DNA from: Candidatus Pacearchaeota archaeon
GTDB lineage: Archaea; Nanobdellota; Nanobdellia; Pacearchaeales; GW2011-AR1
NCBI GenBank assembly: GCA_009694725.1
Contig: SICV01000003.1
Coordinates: 21,381 to 85,380, forward strand
Reading direction: 5' to 3'
Length of the DNA stretch: 64,000 nucleotides
In this document: positions 19,947 through 29,292 of the stretch, in pieces
Layout of the letters: every line of letters begins with the position of its first letter
How positions within the stretch are numbered: position 1 is the first letter of the stretch
The notes under the pieces: generated by a model
Told to the model about the DNA's origin: nothing
Databases searched by the model: none
The model's input: the letters and a program-made list of their open reading frames with translations, nothing else
Position numbers and translations under genes: made by a program

Positions 19947-20017
19947 GCGTGGTTAGTTCATCGGTAGAATGCTAGCTTCCCAAGTTAGAGAGACGGGTTC
20001 AATTCCCGTACTACGCA
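19947..20017 (+). tRNA. tRNA-Gly(CCC)
   Basis: GCGTGGT/ACTACGC acceptor, CTAGC-TTCCCAA-GTTAG, ACGGG-TTCAATT-CCCGT. Confidence 0.93.
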
Positions 20018-20018
20018 T

Positions 20019-20765
20019 TTACTCCAACTTTCTATTCTGATTATGTGGTTTGATTATTGCTATTAATTCTCTAGCTGGTTGACCATGAAACGTTACAGTG
20101 TATAGTGTTGCTTCATTAATTCCTTTGATGATGTAAACTTTAGGCTTAGAATTAGTGAGTGATTCCATAATTGCAGATGCTTGTTCAGCAAGTTTTTTGG
20201 AGATTGTAGAAAAACTCACTCTGTTCTTTGGAATGTAACAACTTCCATCTGTATCTATTAATCCCCTTAGGAAACCTCTATTAAAATCTTTTTCTGTTAG
20301 GTCTAATTCTTTTAAACAGATGTTATAACTCTTCTTACCAGACCATGTGAGATACTCTTTAATAAAAAGATACAATTCTTTTGAGTAATAAGAAGTTCGA
20401 ATACAAGAAGGCTTGCCTTTGTATTGACTAGTGTAAATCATCGGTCTTTTATTAAACCAATCAAAAAATGCTTTCTTTAAGAATTCGGCATACTCTTTCT
20501 CATAGTGTCCTGTAGCTATGCTAATTGTATAATGGCTTGTTTTTTTGTCAAGGTAAAAAGAACCGTCACCTGCAAAAATTCCTAAAAACTCCCCTCTTTC
20601 TTCTTTATTTTTGAAAAGGAAAACAAAGGGTTTATTCTTTTTACCAAATAGTTTCTTGTAATGAAAGTAAAGAGTCGATTTATTTAATTTAGTTATTGAA
20701 CTCACTTTATTTAAGGATGTTCCATTTTTTAAGAGAGAAAGTATAGTTTCATTTACTTTAACCAT
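20019..20765 (-). CDS. Free-standing double-motif LAGLIDADG homing endonuclease with N-terminal HTH
   Basis: EFLGIFAGDGS and GFLRGLIDTDGS motifs; N-terminal SLNKVSSITKLNKSTLYFHYKK; no intein splice motifs. Confidence 0.9.
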   Translation of the reverse strand: MVKVNETILSLLKNGTSLNKVSSITKLNKSTLYFHYKKLFGKKNKPFVFLFKNKEERGEFLGIFAGDGSFYLDKKTSHYTISIATGHYEKEYAEFLKKAFFDWFNKRPMIYTSQYKGKPSCIRTSYYSKELYLFIKEYLTWSGKKSYNICLKELDLTEKDFNRGFLRGLIDTDGSCYIPKNRVSFSTISKKLAEQASAIMESLTNSKPKVYIIKGINEATLYTVTFHGQPARELIAIIKPHNQNRKLE

Positions 20766-20809
20766 AGAACTAACACTTATGGGGCTATTTTAATTCTCCT
20801 ATTATTTAT

Positions 20810-21000
20810 CCGGGTTCGATTCCCGGCCGGCGCATTTCGGGAATCGAAGTACACGTTGAGCAAAGCTCACCGGTAACCATTCACTCGCAAGCTCATTCAG
20901 GTATTCCCGGCCGGCGCATCTCGGGAATTGAAGTACTTGCTGAATTTCGTTCATCGGTAATTTCAATTCAGGTGAGATTTAGGTATTCTCAGCCGGCGCA
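20810..21000 (+). repeat. Three tRNA-Gly-like 3' ends separated by two ~83-bp related units
   Basis: CCGGGTTCGATTCCCGGCCGGCGCA (20810-20834), ATTCCCGGCCGGCGCA (ends 20918), ATTCTCAGCCGGCGCA (ends 21000); units of 84 and 82 bp both begin TYTCGGGAATYGAAGTAC. Confidence 0.9.
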
Positions 21001-21003
21001 TTT

Positions 21004-21372
21004 TTATCGTTTGTAGGCTTTGAAAAAGGCATTGAATAAGGTTTTATTTTCAAAGACTCTTTTTTCTTTGATGACAGATTTGAATGTCTTAATTATAGTA
21101 TCATACTCTCCTGGTGTCACCTTATAGATTATTTTTGTTTCGAGAGGTACATCACATCGCCAGATTTTGATATATCCGCAGAGTGCTCCTGAACCAACAA
21201 AAATATCTAAATCGTCATTATCTTCACTTGTGTATCCTTTGATATAACCATAGTCAACAGGGTAGATAACTCCCGATAAAGGATAGTCTTTCCATACGGG
21301 ATTGTTTTCTATTTCAAATGACTTATAGGTTCCTGCAGGTTGTTCAATAACGATCTCTTTGCTTGTTATCAT
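21004..21372 (-). CDS. Short inorganic pyrophosphatase-like protein
   Basis: IEQP.G..K.FE, YPVDYGYI, DNDDLD family I PPase motifs; only 122 aa. Confidence 0.75.
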   Translation of the reverse strand: MITSKEIVIEQPAGTYKSFEIENNPVWKDYPLSGVIYPVDYGYIKGYTSEDNDDLDIFVGSGALCGYIKIWRCDVPLETKIIYKVTPGEYDTIIKTFKSVIKEKRVFENKTLFNAFFKAYKR

Positions 21373-21374
21373 TT

Positions 21375-21863
21375 TTATCTCTTCATAGTTCTAAATCTAT
21401 TATTTTGATTCTTGATAAATACATTGAGCGGATCTTTATCTCTTGATTCGAGAGAGGACATTACTTCGGTATAGGGTATGAGCTTTACGCCTCTCCTTTG
21501 TAATTCTTCATATACATTTTCTATTTTTTTCTCTCCGAGTACTGTTTGTTCAGTAAGCGCGAGGTATTCTTCTTTTTTGAAACGAGCATCCTGTTTGAAT
21601 TCTTCGTTTTTAAGCGTGTAGAGGGATGCTTTTTTCTTGAGTAAACTTAAGGTTCCTTTTTTTATTTCATCAATATATAATTTTCTTTTTCCTGTTCCTT
21701 TTTCTATTCCATACGATACTGCAAGCATATCTCCTGAACCATAGGTCATTGCAAGGGCATAGTTTGGATCACTTGTTGCAAACAAAACAGGAAGAGGAAA
21801 TGCTGGATGTTTTTTTGTGAATAGCACAGGTATTCCCCCTATCTTTGAAGCATGATAGAGCAT
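21375..21863 (-). CDS. Hypothetical protein, possible ADP-ribosyltransferase fold
   Basis: LYHAS..VLFATSD..YA..SLYTL..F..EE pattern. Confidence 0.55.
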   Translation of the reverse strand: MLYHASKIGGIPVLFTKKHPAFPLPVLFATSDPNYALAMTYGSGDMLAVSYGIEKGTGKRKLYIDEIKKGTLSLLKKKASLYTLKNEEFKQDARFKKEEYLALTEQTVLGEKKIENVYEELQRRGVKLIPYTEVMSSLESRDKDPLNVFIKNQNNRFRTMKR

Positions 21864-22510
21864 TATTTCGCGAGGAATTCTACGGTAAGACCTTTTTCAC
21901 CAATGGCATAACTTTTCATGGGAAGGTTGAGGGGAATGGATGAAGTGTACACTTTTTTTGAGCTGATTGCTTTTATTTCATAGCCGGTTTCAAGCTTATT
22001 GACAAAGACATCTTTGACATCTTTGACTCCAGGCATGGCAAGTTCGTATACTATTTTATCTGCAAGGCGTTTCATTTGGGATTTTGCTTCTGCGCGCGGG
22101 AGTTGGGCCATGCGTTCGAGTTGTTCAGCAGTTACTTTTGCCAGGGTTGGTTGTTTTTGTCTACGTGCCACTTGCTGATTCCCTATTTTGATTTGGAAGC
22201 CATGGGGCATTTCTTTTATTTCTGCGTCTCCCATTTGAGACAATTCTGATTCGACGCTTTTGACTACATTTTTTATCATTGATTCGATTAATTTATTTGC
22301 CATTTTATCCATGAAGCCGAGATTGTTTGCTACGTTTGTTTGACCCTGCATTGGTTGCTGGTGTACCCGATCTGTTCTTCCCAATAAGCCAAATTCCCGG
22401 GCTTCATCTTGGGGTGATTTGATTTGAGCACCACAGGTGGGACAGAAGCTGTGTGCTTTCTCAACTGCGTTATTGCAGTGAGGACAAGAATCTTTCTTAT
22501 TAAAGAGCAT
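21863..22510 (-). CDS. Zinc-ribbon plus Hsp20-like domain protein
   Basis: CPHC..FCPTCG, then YELAMPGVK..D and GLTVEF. Confidence 0.7.
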   Translation of the reverse strand: MLFNKKDSCPHCNNAVEKAHSFCPTCGAQIKSPQDEAREFGLLGRTDRVHQQPMQGQTNVANNLGFMDKMANKLIESMIKNVVKSVESELSQMGDAEIKEMPHGFQIKIGNQQVARRQKQPTLAKVTAEQLERMAQLPRAEAKSQMKRLADKIVYELAMPGVKDVKDVFVNKLETGYEIKAISSKKVYTSSIPLNLPMKSYAIGEKGLTVEFLAK

Positions 22511-22638
22511 ATTCTTCTTTATTCTTGCGGGTTAATAAAGATTCTGGAAGTGAGATTTTAGATTTTTAATCATCTGAGGTATGCCTTTGTTGAGCTTTGA
22601 GAGAGCATATTTTATGGGGGCTAGGAAAAACATTGAAG

Positions 22639-23961
22639 TTATTTTTTGAGGTGTTTCAAGAAATATAGTTCACTCTGGAGGGAACGAAAGGGATGAAACA
22701 ATTCGATCTTACTTTCGTGTGGGAGTTTTTGTACCTTTTCTCGTTCACGCATGTGTTTGATCCCGATAAAGGTGATGGCACATCGTCCGATGATGGAGAT
22801 GATAAACGTATAAGTGATTGCCGAGAGCCAGGAAGGATGGTAGGTCATAGCATATCCCCCTACGAGTGAGCCGATGAAGATACCGACTCCTGCGAGGATA
22901 TGGAGATAGGTTGCAACAATTGCTCGTTCGTGTGAGGGAACGGTGTTGAGGAGATAATTCGTAACGCCAATGAGATAGGCCGCGTTGGCGATTCCTCCGA
23001 CTAGTTGGACTGCAAGCAAGATCCAGGGGTTGGGAAAGAGTAACCAGACCAGCGGGTTGAGTGCATATAAAATACCTGAAAGATAGAATAGACGAAGGTT
23101 GCCGTATTTATCTGAGAATGTGCCGATATAGGGGAGTGCCAGGATGTAGAATACTGAAGAGGCAAGAGAGATGAGGGTGATCCAGGTATAACTGAGCCCG
23201 AGATCTTGACGCAGATAGATGGGGAAAAACGGTGAGGCAATATACATGACCAGATTGTAGAGGCAGACGTAGATAACGAACTTACGTGTTGCTGTATTTT
23301 GTTTGAGAAAATGCCAGAGAGAATAGGGGATTGCTGATTTCTTTTTATTATACGGCGGTTCATATTGTGTGCTTAAGAGATGTGCAGAATAGACACGGAT
23401 GAGCGCTGCGATCGTGAAGAGTACTCCGAATATACTCAAGGCTAACCCTTGTGTTTGATAGTAATCGAGCGCCAGTCCCCCCAGGATGATAGCCATGCTT
23501 GCGATGCCCATGACTTTGTGACGTTTACTGAAATAGGCTCCTCGTTGTTTTTTCGGGATGAGATCCCCCATCCAGGAGAACCAGGCAGGAGCAGGCAGTG
23601 CCGCGATGCTCATTAGGAGTGTGTATGAAATGAGGAGCAGCATGACTGCATGTTCCTGAATTATCTGTGTAGAAATACACCAGCCGATCAGTGCAATTGG
23701 AATAAAAAAGAATGCTTGGATATAGGTGGTGACCGTGACGAGTTGTTTCCGGGTGTAGGTACTCATGAGTTTGTCTCCCAGTAATTGTGCGAGTGGAGAG
23801 AGCAGACTTGGAATTGCACTAAGCCAACCAATCTGGGCTGCAGAGGCTTTGAGTGCAATGGCGAATTGAGGGATATAGGTTTCAGTGAGTGAACTTGAGA
23901 TGGCAGATACTCCCCCTTCTTTTATTCCTCGTTTCATAGAGGTTGCTATCTTTGGATGCAT
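22639..23961 (-). CDS. MFS transporter
   Basis: About 12 TMs, GDKLMSTYTRK and GTFSDKYGN motif-A-like loops, WMGDLIP..RG.YF. Confidence 0.9.
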   Translation of the reverse strand: MHPKIATSMKRGIKEGGVSAISSSLTETYIPQFAIALKASAAQIGWLSAIPSLLSPLAQLLGDKLMSTYTRKQLVTVTTYIQAFFFIPIALIGWCISTQIIQEHAVMLLLISYTLLMSIAALPAPAWFSWMGDLIPKKQRGAYFSKRHKVMGIASMAIILGGLALDYYQTQGLALSIFGVLFTIAALIRVYSAHLLSTQYEPPYNKKKSAIPYSLWHFLKQNTATRKFVIYVCLYNLVMYIASPFFPIYLRQDLGLSYTWITLISLASSVFYILALPYIGTFSDKYGNLRLFYLSGILYALNPLVWLLFPNPWILLAVQLVGGIANAAYLIGVTNYLLNTVPSHERAIVATYLHILAGVGIFIGSLVGGYAMTYHPSWLSAITYTFIISIIGRCAITFIGIKHMREREKVQKLPHESKIELFHPFRSLQSELYFLKHLKK

Positions 23962-24165
23962 TCATTCTCTACCGTTTTTCTGTTTCTTAAATATGGTGTT
24001 TATGCCTCCATGTCAAGGAACCTCGGTAGTTCCTTGAGCACAGAAAAACTACTGATTTTCTGGTCAGGAAAATACGAGATATTTTCCTGCATCCCCAAGC
24101 ACGAGTGCTTGCGGCACATCGTGCTCGGGATAAGCTTTATATAGTATATACCGTACCGTATACAC

Positions 24166-24549
24166 ATGACCGACATCTTTGATACGGCTATTTTTTGTAA
24201 ATCGTGCACACAACCTATGAAACAGACTGTTGTGCATCGTGATGGCTTTGAGTTGCGTGCCGTCCAATGTGGGCGCTGTAAAGATACGATTATTCACCCT
24301 GCCGATACGCAGTCAATGCATCAATTTCAGGATTTGAAGGGAAAAACCTTCCACGTGAAGTTGCGTATGGTGGGGAATAGTCATGCGATTAGTATTCCGA
24401 AAGAAATTGTCGATTTTATGCATGATCATCATCGAACAGTCGGTACATTGCAAACTGAAATGGACGATATTGTCAGATTATGTTTTGAAGATTTTCATCG
24501 TTTATCAGTACGCTTTGGGGAGGAAGGGCGGTATGGCGAAAGGAACTGA
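24166..24549 (+). CDS. Zn-ribbon plus AbrB/MazE-type DNA-binding protein
   Basis: CKSC..CGRC..HP, then KLRMVGNSHAISIPKEI; overlaps the cdc48 start. Confidence 0.8.
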   Translation: MTDIFDTAIFCKSCTQPMKQTVVHRDGFELRAVQCGRCKDTIIHPADTQSMHQFQDLKGKTFHVKLRMVGNSHAISIPKEIVDFMHDHHRTVGTLQTEMDDIVRLCFEDFHRLSVRFGEEGRYGERN

Positions 24550-26812
24550 ACTTCGTTTGAAAGTTGTTGAGGCGTTACAGGATGACGCGTATAAAGGGAT
24601 TGCGCGTATTGACCCGCAGTTGATGCGTACGCTGGGGTTGAATCGGGGAGATATTTTGAGTATTCTGGGGACGCGTGAGACTGTCGCTATTGTTGATCGG
24701 GCGTATCCGGCAGATGTAGGGGAATCGATTATTCGTATTGATGGATTGATTCGACGGAATGCGAAGACAAGTGTAGGGGAGTATGTGAAGGTGAGCAAAA
24801 TGCAAGCAAAACCTGCGACGAAAGTGAGTATTGCCCCTGCACAACAAGGGATTATGGTGCAAGGAGATCCTGACGCTTTCCGTAATAATTTGTTGGGGAG
24901 GGCAGTGATGAAGGGAGATGTGATTTCGTTGAGTGGGATGCCGCGCCGACGCGAAATGATGGGCGAAGGACAAGAATTTATTGGTGATTTGAATGAATTG
25001 TTTGGGGGAGGGATGTTTTCAGGATTTCAACAACTCAAATTTATGGTGGTATCTACGAGTCCTGCGCAGGCGTGTGTGATTACTGAACAAACAGAATTAA
25101 TTTTGAATTCAAAGGCAATGGATGTGACGGAAGATACCATTCCTGATGTAACCTATGAAGATATTGGGGGATTGACTGATGAAGTGAAGAAAGTACGGGA
25201 GATGGTCGAATTACCGTTGAAGCATCCGGAGATCTTTGATGCGCTTGGTATTGATGCTCCGAAAGGGGTGTTATTACATGGTCCTCCCGGTACGGGAAAA
25301 ACGTTGCTTGCGAAAGCAGTGGCGAATGAAAGTGAAGCGCACTTTATTTTATTGAATGGTCCGGAGATAATGAGTAAGTTTTATGGTGAGAGTGAGAAGA
25401 AGATTCGTGATATTTTCCAGGATGCTGAAAAGAATGCTCCGGCTATTATCTTTATTGATGAGATTGATGCCATTGCTCCGAAACGTGAAGAAGTGCAAGG
25501 TGAAGTTGAGCGGCGAGTTGTTTCACAGTTACTGACGATGATGGATGGGTTGAAGTCTCGAGGGAAGATTGTGGTCATTGGAGCAACGAATCGTTTGAAT
25601 TCGATTGATCCTGCCTTACGTCGCCCGGGGCGATTTGATCGAGAAATTGAAATTAGTGTGCCCGATAAAAAGGCTCGTTTGAATATCTTAAAGATTCATA
25701 CACGAAATATGCCCTTGGCAAAAGCAGTCAATTTAGAGATGCTTGCTGGAAAGACACACGGATTTGTGGGCGCTGATTTGAGTTCATTGGCGAAAGAAGC
25801 AGCGATGCAAGTGTTACGGAAGGTATTGCCTGAAATAAGCTTGCAAGATACGAAAGCAATCCCTCAGGAAATTTTGGAGAAAATGATTATTGAAGCAGGG
25901 GACTTTGAAGAAGCGTTGAAAGTGGTGCGTCCGAGTGCGATGCGTGAGGTCTTGGTTGAAACACCGAATGTGAATTGGGATGATGTGGGGGGTTTGGACA
26001 AGACGAAGCAAGATTTGAAGGAAGCGGTTGAGTTACCGATTACACACCCGGAGAGTTTCAAGCGCCTGGGCATTCGTCCACCTCGCGGGGTGTTGTTGTA
26101 TGGTCCTCCCGGGACGGGGAAGACGTTACTCGCAAAGGCGGTGGCGAAAGAGAGTGAGGCTAATTTTATTCAAGTCAAAGGGCCGAGTTTGTTAAGTATG
26201 TGGGTGGGGAAGTCGGAAGAAGGCGTACGTAAAATCTTTGAACGTGCTCGTCAGGTTGCGCCGTGCGTCATTTTCTTTGATGAAATTGATGCACTTGCTA
26301 GTCGTCGGGGGCTGGATGCTGGCTCGAAAGTAACTGAACGAGTATTAAATCAGCTTCTTGCTGAGATGGATGGGTTGGAAGGCTTGAAAGATGTGACGAT
26401 TATTGCGGCAACCAATCGCCCTGATATGTTGGATCCTGCGTTGTTACGTCCGGGGCGCTTTGATCGGATTATTTTGGTTGATGTACCTGATGCAGCAAGT
26501 CGAATGTTGATTTTCAACGTACATACGAAGAATACTCCTCTTGCTCCTGATGTGAGTATTGAAGAATTGGTGAAGCAGACAGAAGGATATGTGGGCGCCG
26601 ATATTGAAGGATTAGTGCGTGAAGCTGCGATGCATGCATTGCGTCGGGATCCTGCTTCTGTCAAAGTTGCACAAGTTGATTTTGATGGGGCATTTATGAA
26701 AGTGCGTCCTTCGGTCTCTCCTGAAACAGCTAAGCGGTATAAGAAATTGGAAGATTATTATTTGAAAGCTGCAAAGGCTGGACTTGATGTTGGTCCGATG
26801 TATGCAAGTTAA
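24533..26812 (+). CDS. cdc48: Cdc48/VAT AAA+ ATPase
   Basis: N-domain plus two AAA modules (GPPGTGKT twice, DEID, RPGRFDR); start ATG 24533. Confidence 0.97.
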   Translation: MAKGTELRLKVVEALQDDAYKGIARIDPQLMRTLGLNRGDILSILGTRETVAIVDRAYPADVGESIIRIDGLIRRNAKTSVGEYVKVSKMQAKPATKVSIAPAQQGIMVQGDPDAFRNNLLGRAVMKGDVISLSGMPRRREMMGEGQEFIGDLNELFGGGMFSGFQQLKFMVVSTSPAQACVITEQTELILNSKAMDVTEDTIPDVTYEDIGGLTDEVKKVREMVELPLKHPEIFDALGIDAPKGVLLHGPPGTGKTLLAKAVANESEAHFILLNGPEIMSKFYGESEKKIRDIFQDAEKNAPAIIFIDEIDAIAPKREEVQGEVERRVVSQLLTMMDGLKSRGKIVVIGATNRLNSIDPALRRPGRFDREIEISVPDKKARLNILKIHTRNMPLAKAVNLEMLAGKTHGFVGADLSSLAKEAAMQVLRKVLPEISLQDTKAIPQEILEKMIIEAGDFEEALKVVRPSAMREVLVETPNVNWDDVGGLDKTKQDLKEAVELPITHPESFKRLGIRPPRGVLLYGPPGTGKTLLAKAVAKESEANFIQVKGPSLLSMWVGKSEEGVRKIFERARQVAPCVIFFDEIDALASRRGLDAGSKVTERVLNQLLAEMDGLEGLKDVTIIAATNRPDMLDPALLRPGRFDRIILVDVPDAASRMLIFNVHTKNTPLAPDVSIEELVKQTEGYVGADIEGLVREAAMHALRRDPASVKVAQVDFDGAFMKVRPSVSPETAKRYKKLEDYYLKAAKAGLDVGPMYAS

Positions 26813-26990
26813 GTACCTTTCTTTTTTTTTGAGTTGAGATTTCATTTCCTTATCTGCTGTATGTATTTGGTATTTTATGCATGTAAGGTTCAGTTGATGT
26901 AGACGAGAGGAATATGTTCGGCATATGAATCTATCGAGTGTATTCTGGGGAAGGTTATTATTTTAAATAGTGTTTGAAAGTGAGTTTTGT

Positions 26991-27473
26991 ATGGCCGATG
27001 ATGTGTTTCGAGAGGAAAGGGATGTTCGACGTACTCGGTGGAATCGTGTAACGAAGAGGGGTTCTTCAGGGAAGTCGCCATTATTCGATGAGCGATCAAA
27101 TGAGGGGAAACCGATCGTTATTAGTCATTATGTTCCCCATCCCTTTGGAACAGAAAAGAATCATTTCTTTTTTGCCTATTTGTTTCCTTTAACGCCGAAA
27201 CAAGCGCGAGAGGGATATGCCACGTTATTATTCGTTGGTCCTGCATGTGAAACGGAAGGATGGTTGAGACGTTTTTCGCTTGATGCTCCCGAACGACAGA
27301 GTTTTTATGAAACGCATGCACATCGTTCTGTTTCCTTGCCGAGTGCATTTCGAGCGTTCGTTGATCCTGTGCAGGTCCCGTATAGTGTCGGAGGGCAGGT
27401 GTGTTTGGAGCGAGGTACGATCGTGTATCGCGTAGGACGAGAGAGCTGGCCATTGATGACCTTTCCGAAGTAA
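26991..27473 (+). CDS. Hypothetical protein
   Basis: ORF with TTTAAATA about 25 nt upstream. Confidence 0.55.
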   Translation: MADDVFREERDVRRTRWNRVTKRGSSGKSPLFDERSNEGKPIVISHYVPHPFGTEKNHFFFAYLFPLTPKQAREGYATLLFVGPACETEGWLRRFSLDAPERQSFYETHAHRSVSLPSAFRAFVDPVQVPYSVGGQVCLERGTIVYRVGRESWPLMTFPK

Positions 27474-27547
27474 GTTTTTTAGTGGGTATCTGATGTACTT
27501 TATCGAGTATCTTATTCAGGGAACTAGATATTGAGAGACTATGATGA

Positions 27548-28432
27548 TTATCCCGTTGTAATGATTGTTTTCGTTTTAGTTATGAGTATGGTATGTTCGG
27601 CTTGGGCGACTGGGGCTCCGGATTCTTCGATGAGTTGTGGGTATTGGTAGAGGATGCCTGCTTGTTCAAGACGTTGGAGTGCTAAGAGGGCACGAGTACC
27701 GAACTTTTTGTAGAGCCAGCGTGCGCAGAACGGGAGGGTGCGATAATGTGCTTCGATGAATGCAAGAATTTCTCGTGCAAGGGGATCACGCACATTTCCT
27801 TCTTTGGCAATGGAGTAGATGGTTGAAGGTCTGCCTTCACGTACTCGTCCTACTCCTGACGTCATGAATGGTTCAATTGCACATAGTCCTTCTCCAATTG
27901 GTTGGGATTGTCCGGTGTCGTAGTTGGGAATGGTGAGGCCAGCGTGGAGGTCATGTTGTGTAATCGAGTGACCCGATAAATTATGAATGGGTTGGAATCC
28001 TGCGTGTGTTGCAGTGTCATTTACTTTTTTACCGATGCTTCCGAGTGGTGTGGTAGGGGTTATGTTGGTGAGTGCTTGTTTGAGGGCTTCTTTGGCGGTG
28101 TCGATAAGTTTTTGATGGAGAGGATTGGTATCAAGGTTAAATGTTTCTGCGGTGTCTGCGACCCAGCCGTCGATATGTACGCCGAAATCTACCTTGAGTA
28201 ATCCTTTTGCTGTTTGTACATCGTTATAGGTGGGCGTTGAGTGTGCAGCAATTTCATTCATCGACAGATTGACAGGGAATGCAGGTTTGCCTCCAAGCTC
28301 TTCTATTTTTGCTTCTATCTTCTCAGCGATTTCAAGGAGGAGTACTCCTGGTTTGACGAGGGTTTTACTATAGGCCCGGACTTGTTGGGCTATCTTTCCT
28401 GCCTTAAGGATTGCTTCTTGATTAAGTTCCAT
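27548..28432 (-). CDS. map: Methionine aminopeptidase type II
   Basis: AFPVN..AAH, DFGVHIDG..AD, GHSI, AIEPF, AQAEHT. Confidence 0.96.
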   Translation of the reverse strand: MELNQEAILKAGKIAQQVRAYSKTLVKPGVLLLEIAEKIEAKIEELGGKPAFPVNLSMNEIAAHSTPTYNDVQTAKGLLKVDFGVHIDGWVADTAETFNLDTNPLHQKLIDTAKEALKQALTNITPTTPLGSIGKKVNDTATHAGFQPIHNLSGHSITQHDLHAGLTIPNYDTGQSQPIGEGLCAIEPFMTSGVGRVREGRPSTIYSIAKEGNVRDPLAREILAFIEAHYRTLPFCARWLYKKFGTRALLALQRLEQAGILYQYPQLIEESGAPVAQAEHTILITKTKTIITTG

Positions 28433-28505
28433 CTTTCTTTTGGTCTGAGATGGTTTATAGCTGTTTCGAAGATATGTATAAATAGAAGTTACGCCTCTTT
28501 AGAAT

Positions 28506-28736
28506 ATGCTAGGAAGTTCTTCTTTTCTGCTTACTCGGTATGAGGGGTTAGGTGTGTGGGAAGTGTTTATGTTGCCGTACGGGCATTCTGTTTCTACGGG
28601 ATTTACCTCTTTTGTTTCTGCGCATCATCGAGGGCAATTAAGCCCTGGTGAAGAGCAGCTCTTTCAACATCTTGGTCTTGAACGAGGAGTATTCTTTCAT
28701 GTACTTGACCTTGATCGTGTTGCAAGATTGAATTAA
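28506..28736 (+). CDS. Small hypothetical protein
   Basis: 76-aa ORF with TATAAATA upstream. Confidence 0.4.
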   Translation: MLGSSSFLLTRYEGLGVWEVFMLPYGHSVSTGFTSFVSAHHRGQLSPGEEQLFQHLGLERGVFFHVLDLDRVARLN

Positions 28737-29180
28737 CTATTTTCGTAGCCTACGTTCTTTTGGTACATGGTTAATGAGCGTTCCTTTGGAGAGTTTCCCA
28801 CATCCAAAGAAGTCACCATTGAATTTTACGGCTACCGTGCCTTGCCCTTCTTTTGGTGTTACATCTCGTCCGCGTATCCAAGCATGGAATTCTTCGGGGG
28901 AGAGTTCCACGATTCCTTTGGTGATTTGGTCTTTGAGGATGTGCAGGGCGTCAAAGCTCAGGCGGATTTCATGTTCTTCGCGGAGTAGGTAGGTGCCGAT
29001 TCCTTCGATGTGAGAAATGGTACTCAGCGTGGTGAGGTCTTCAATAGGAAGGTTACCTGAATAGAGGCGGAGTTTTTCATCCCCTGCTTGGACAAGTACT
29101 CCAGGTACACTGGTGATACCAAACTGTTTCTCGAGTTGTTCAAGGATTTTTTTTGTTTCAGAGGCGCGGAGGAATTTCAT
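28737..29180 (-). CDS. NIP7/RsmF C-terminal PUA-like protein
   Basis: EGIGTYL, RLSFD, WIRGRD, GCGK..NHVPKERR; adjacent to the m5C methyltransferase. Confidence 0.8.
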   Translation of the reverse strand: MKFLRASETKKILEQLEKQFGITSVPGVLVQAGDEKLRLYSGNLPIEDLTTLSTISHIEGIGTYLLREEHEIRLSFDALHILKDQITKGIVELSPEEFHAWIRGRDVTPKEGQGTVAVKFNGDFFGCGKLSKGTLINHVPKERRLRK

Positions 29181-29292
29181 GTGACATTCCTCGTGATTGA
29201 CTGATTTTCTCGGTTATTCTGGTATCTAATGTTCGCTTCAATTGGTAACTTCTTTATATCTACTGTTTTGTTGTTTTGTTGTTTTGTTTCCA

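Larger units (their letters stand above)
20018..21863. mobile_element. Putative tRNA-Gly-anchored AT-rich island
   Basis: Visibly more AT-rich than flanks; starts at a tRNA 3' end; contains tRNA 3'-end duplications; no integrase seen; right boundary uncertain. Confidence 0.55.

Noticed and set aside
19947-20834. LAGLIDADG gene inside a tRNA intron, or a split tRNA
   Set aside because: The upstream tRNA is complete by itself, the downstream fragment cannot pair properly with its 5' strand, no BHB or complementary leader was found, and the ORF is antisense.
20810-21000. Mini CRISPR array
   Set aside because: The repeat is a tRNA 3' end, the two intervening segments are homologous to each other rather than unique spacers, and no cas genes are present.
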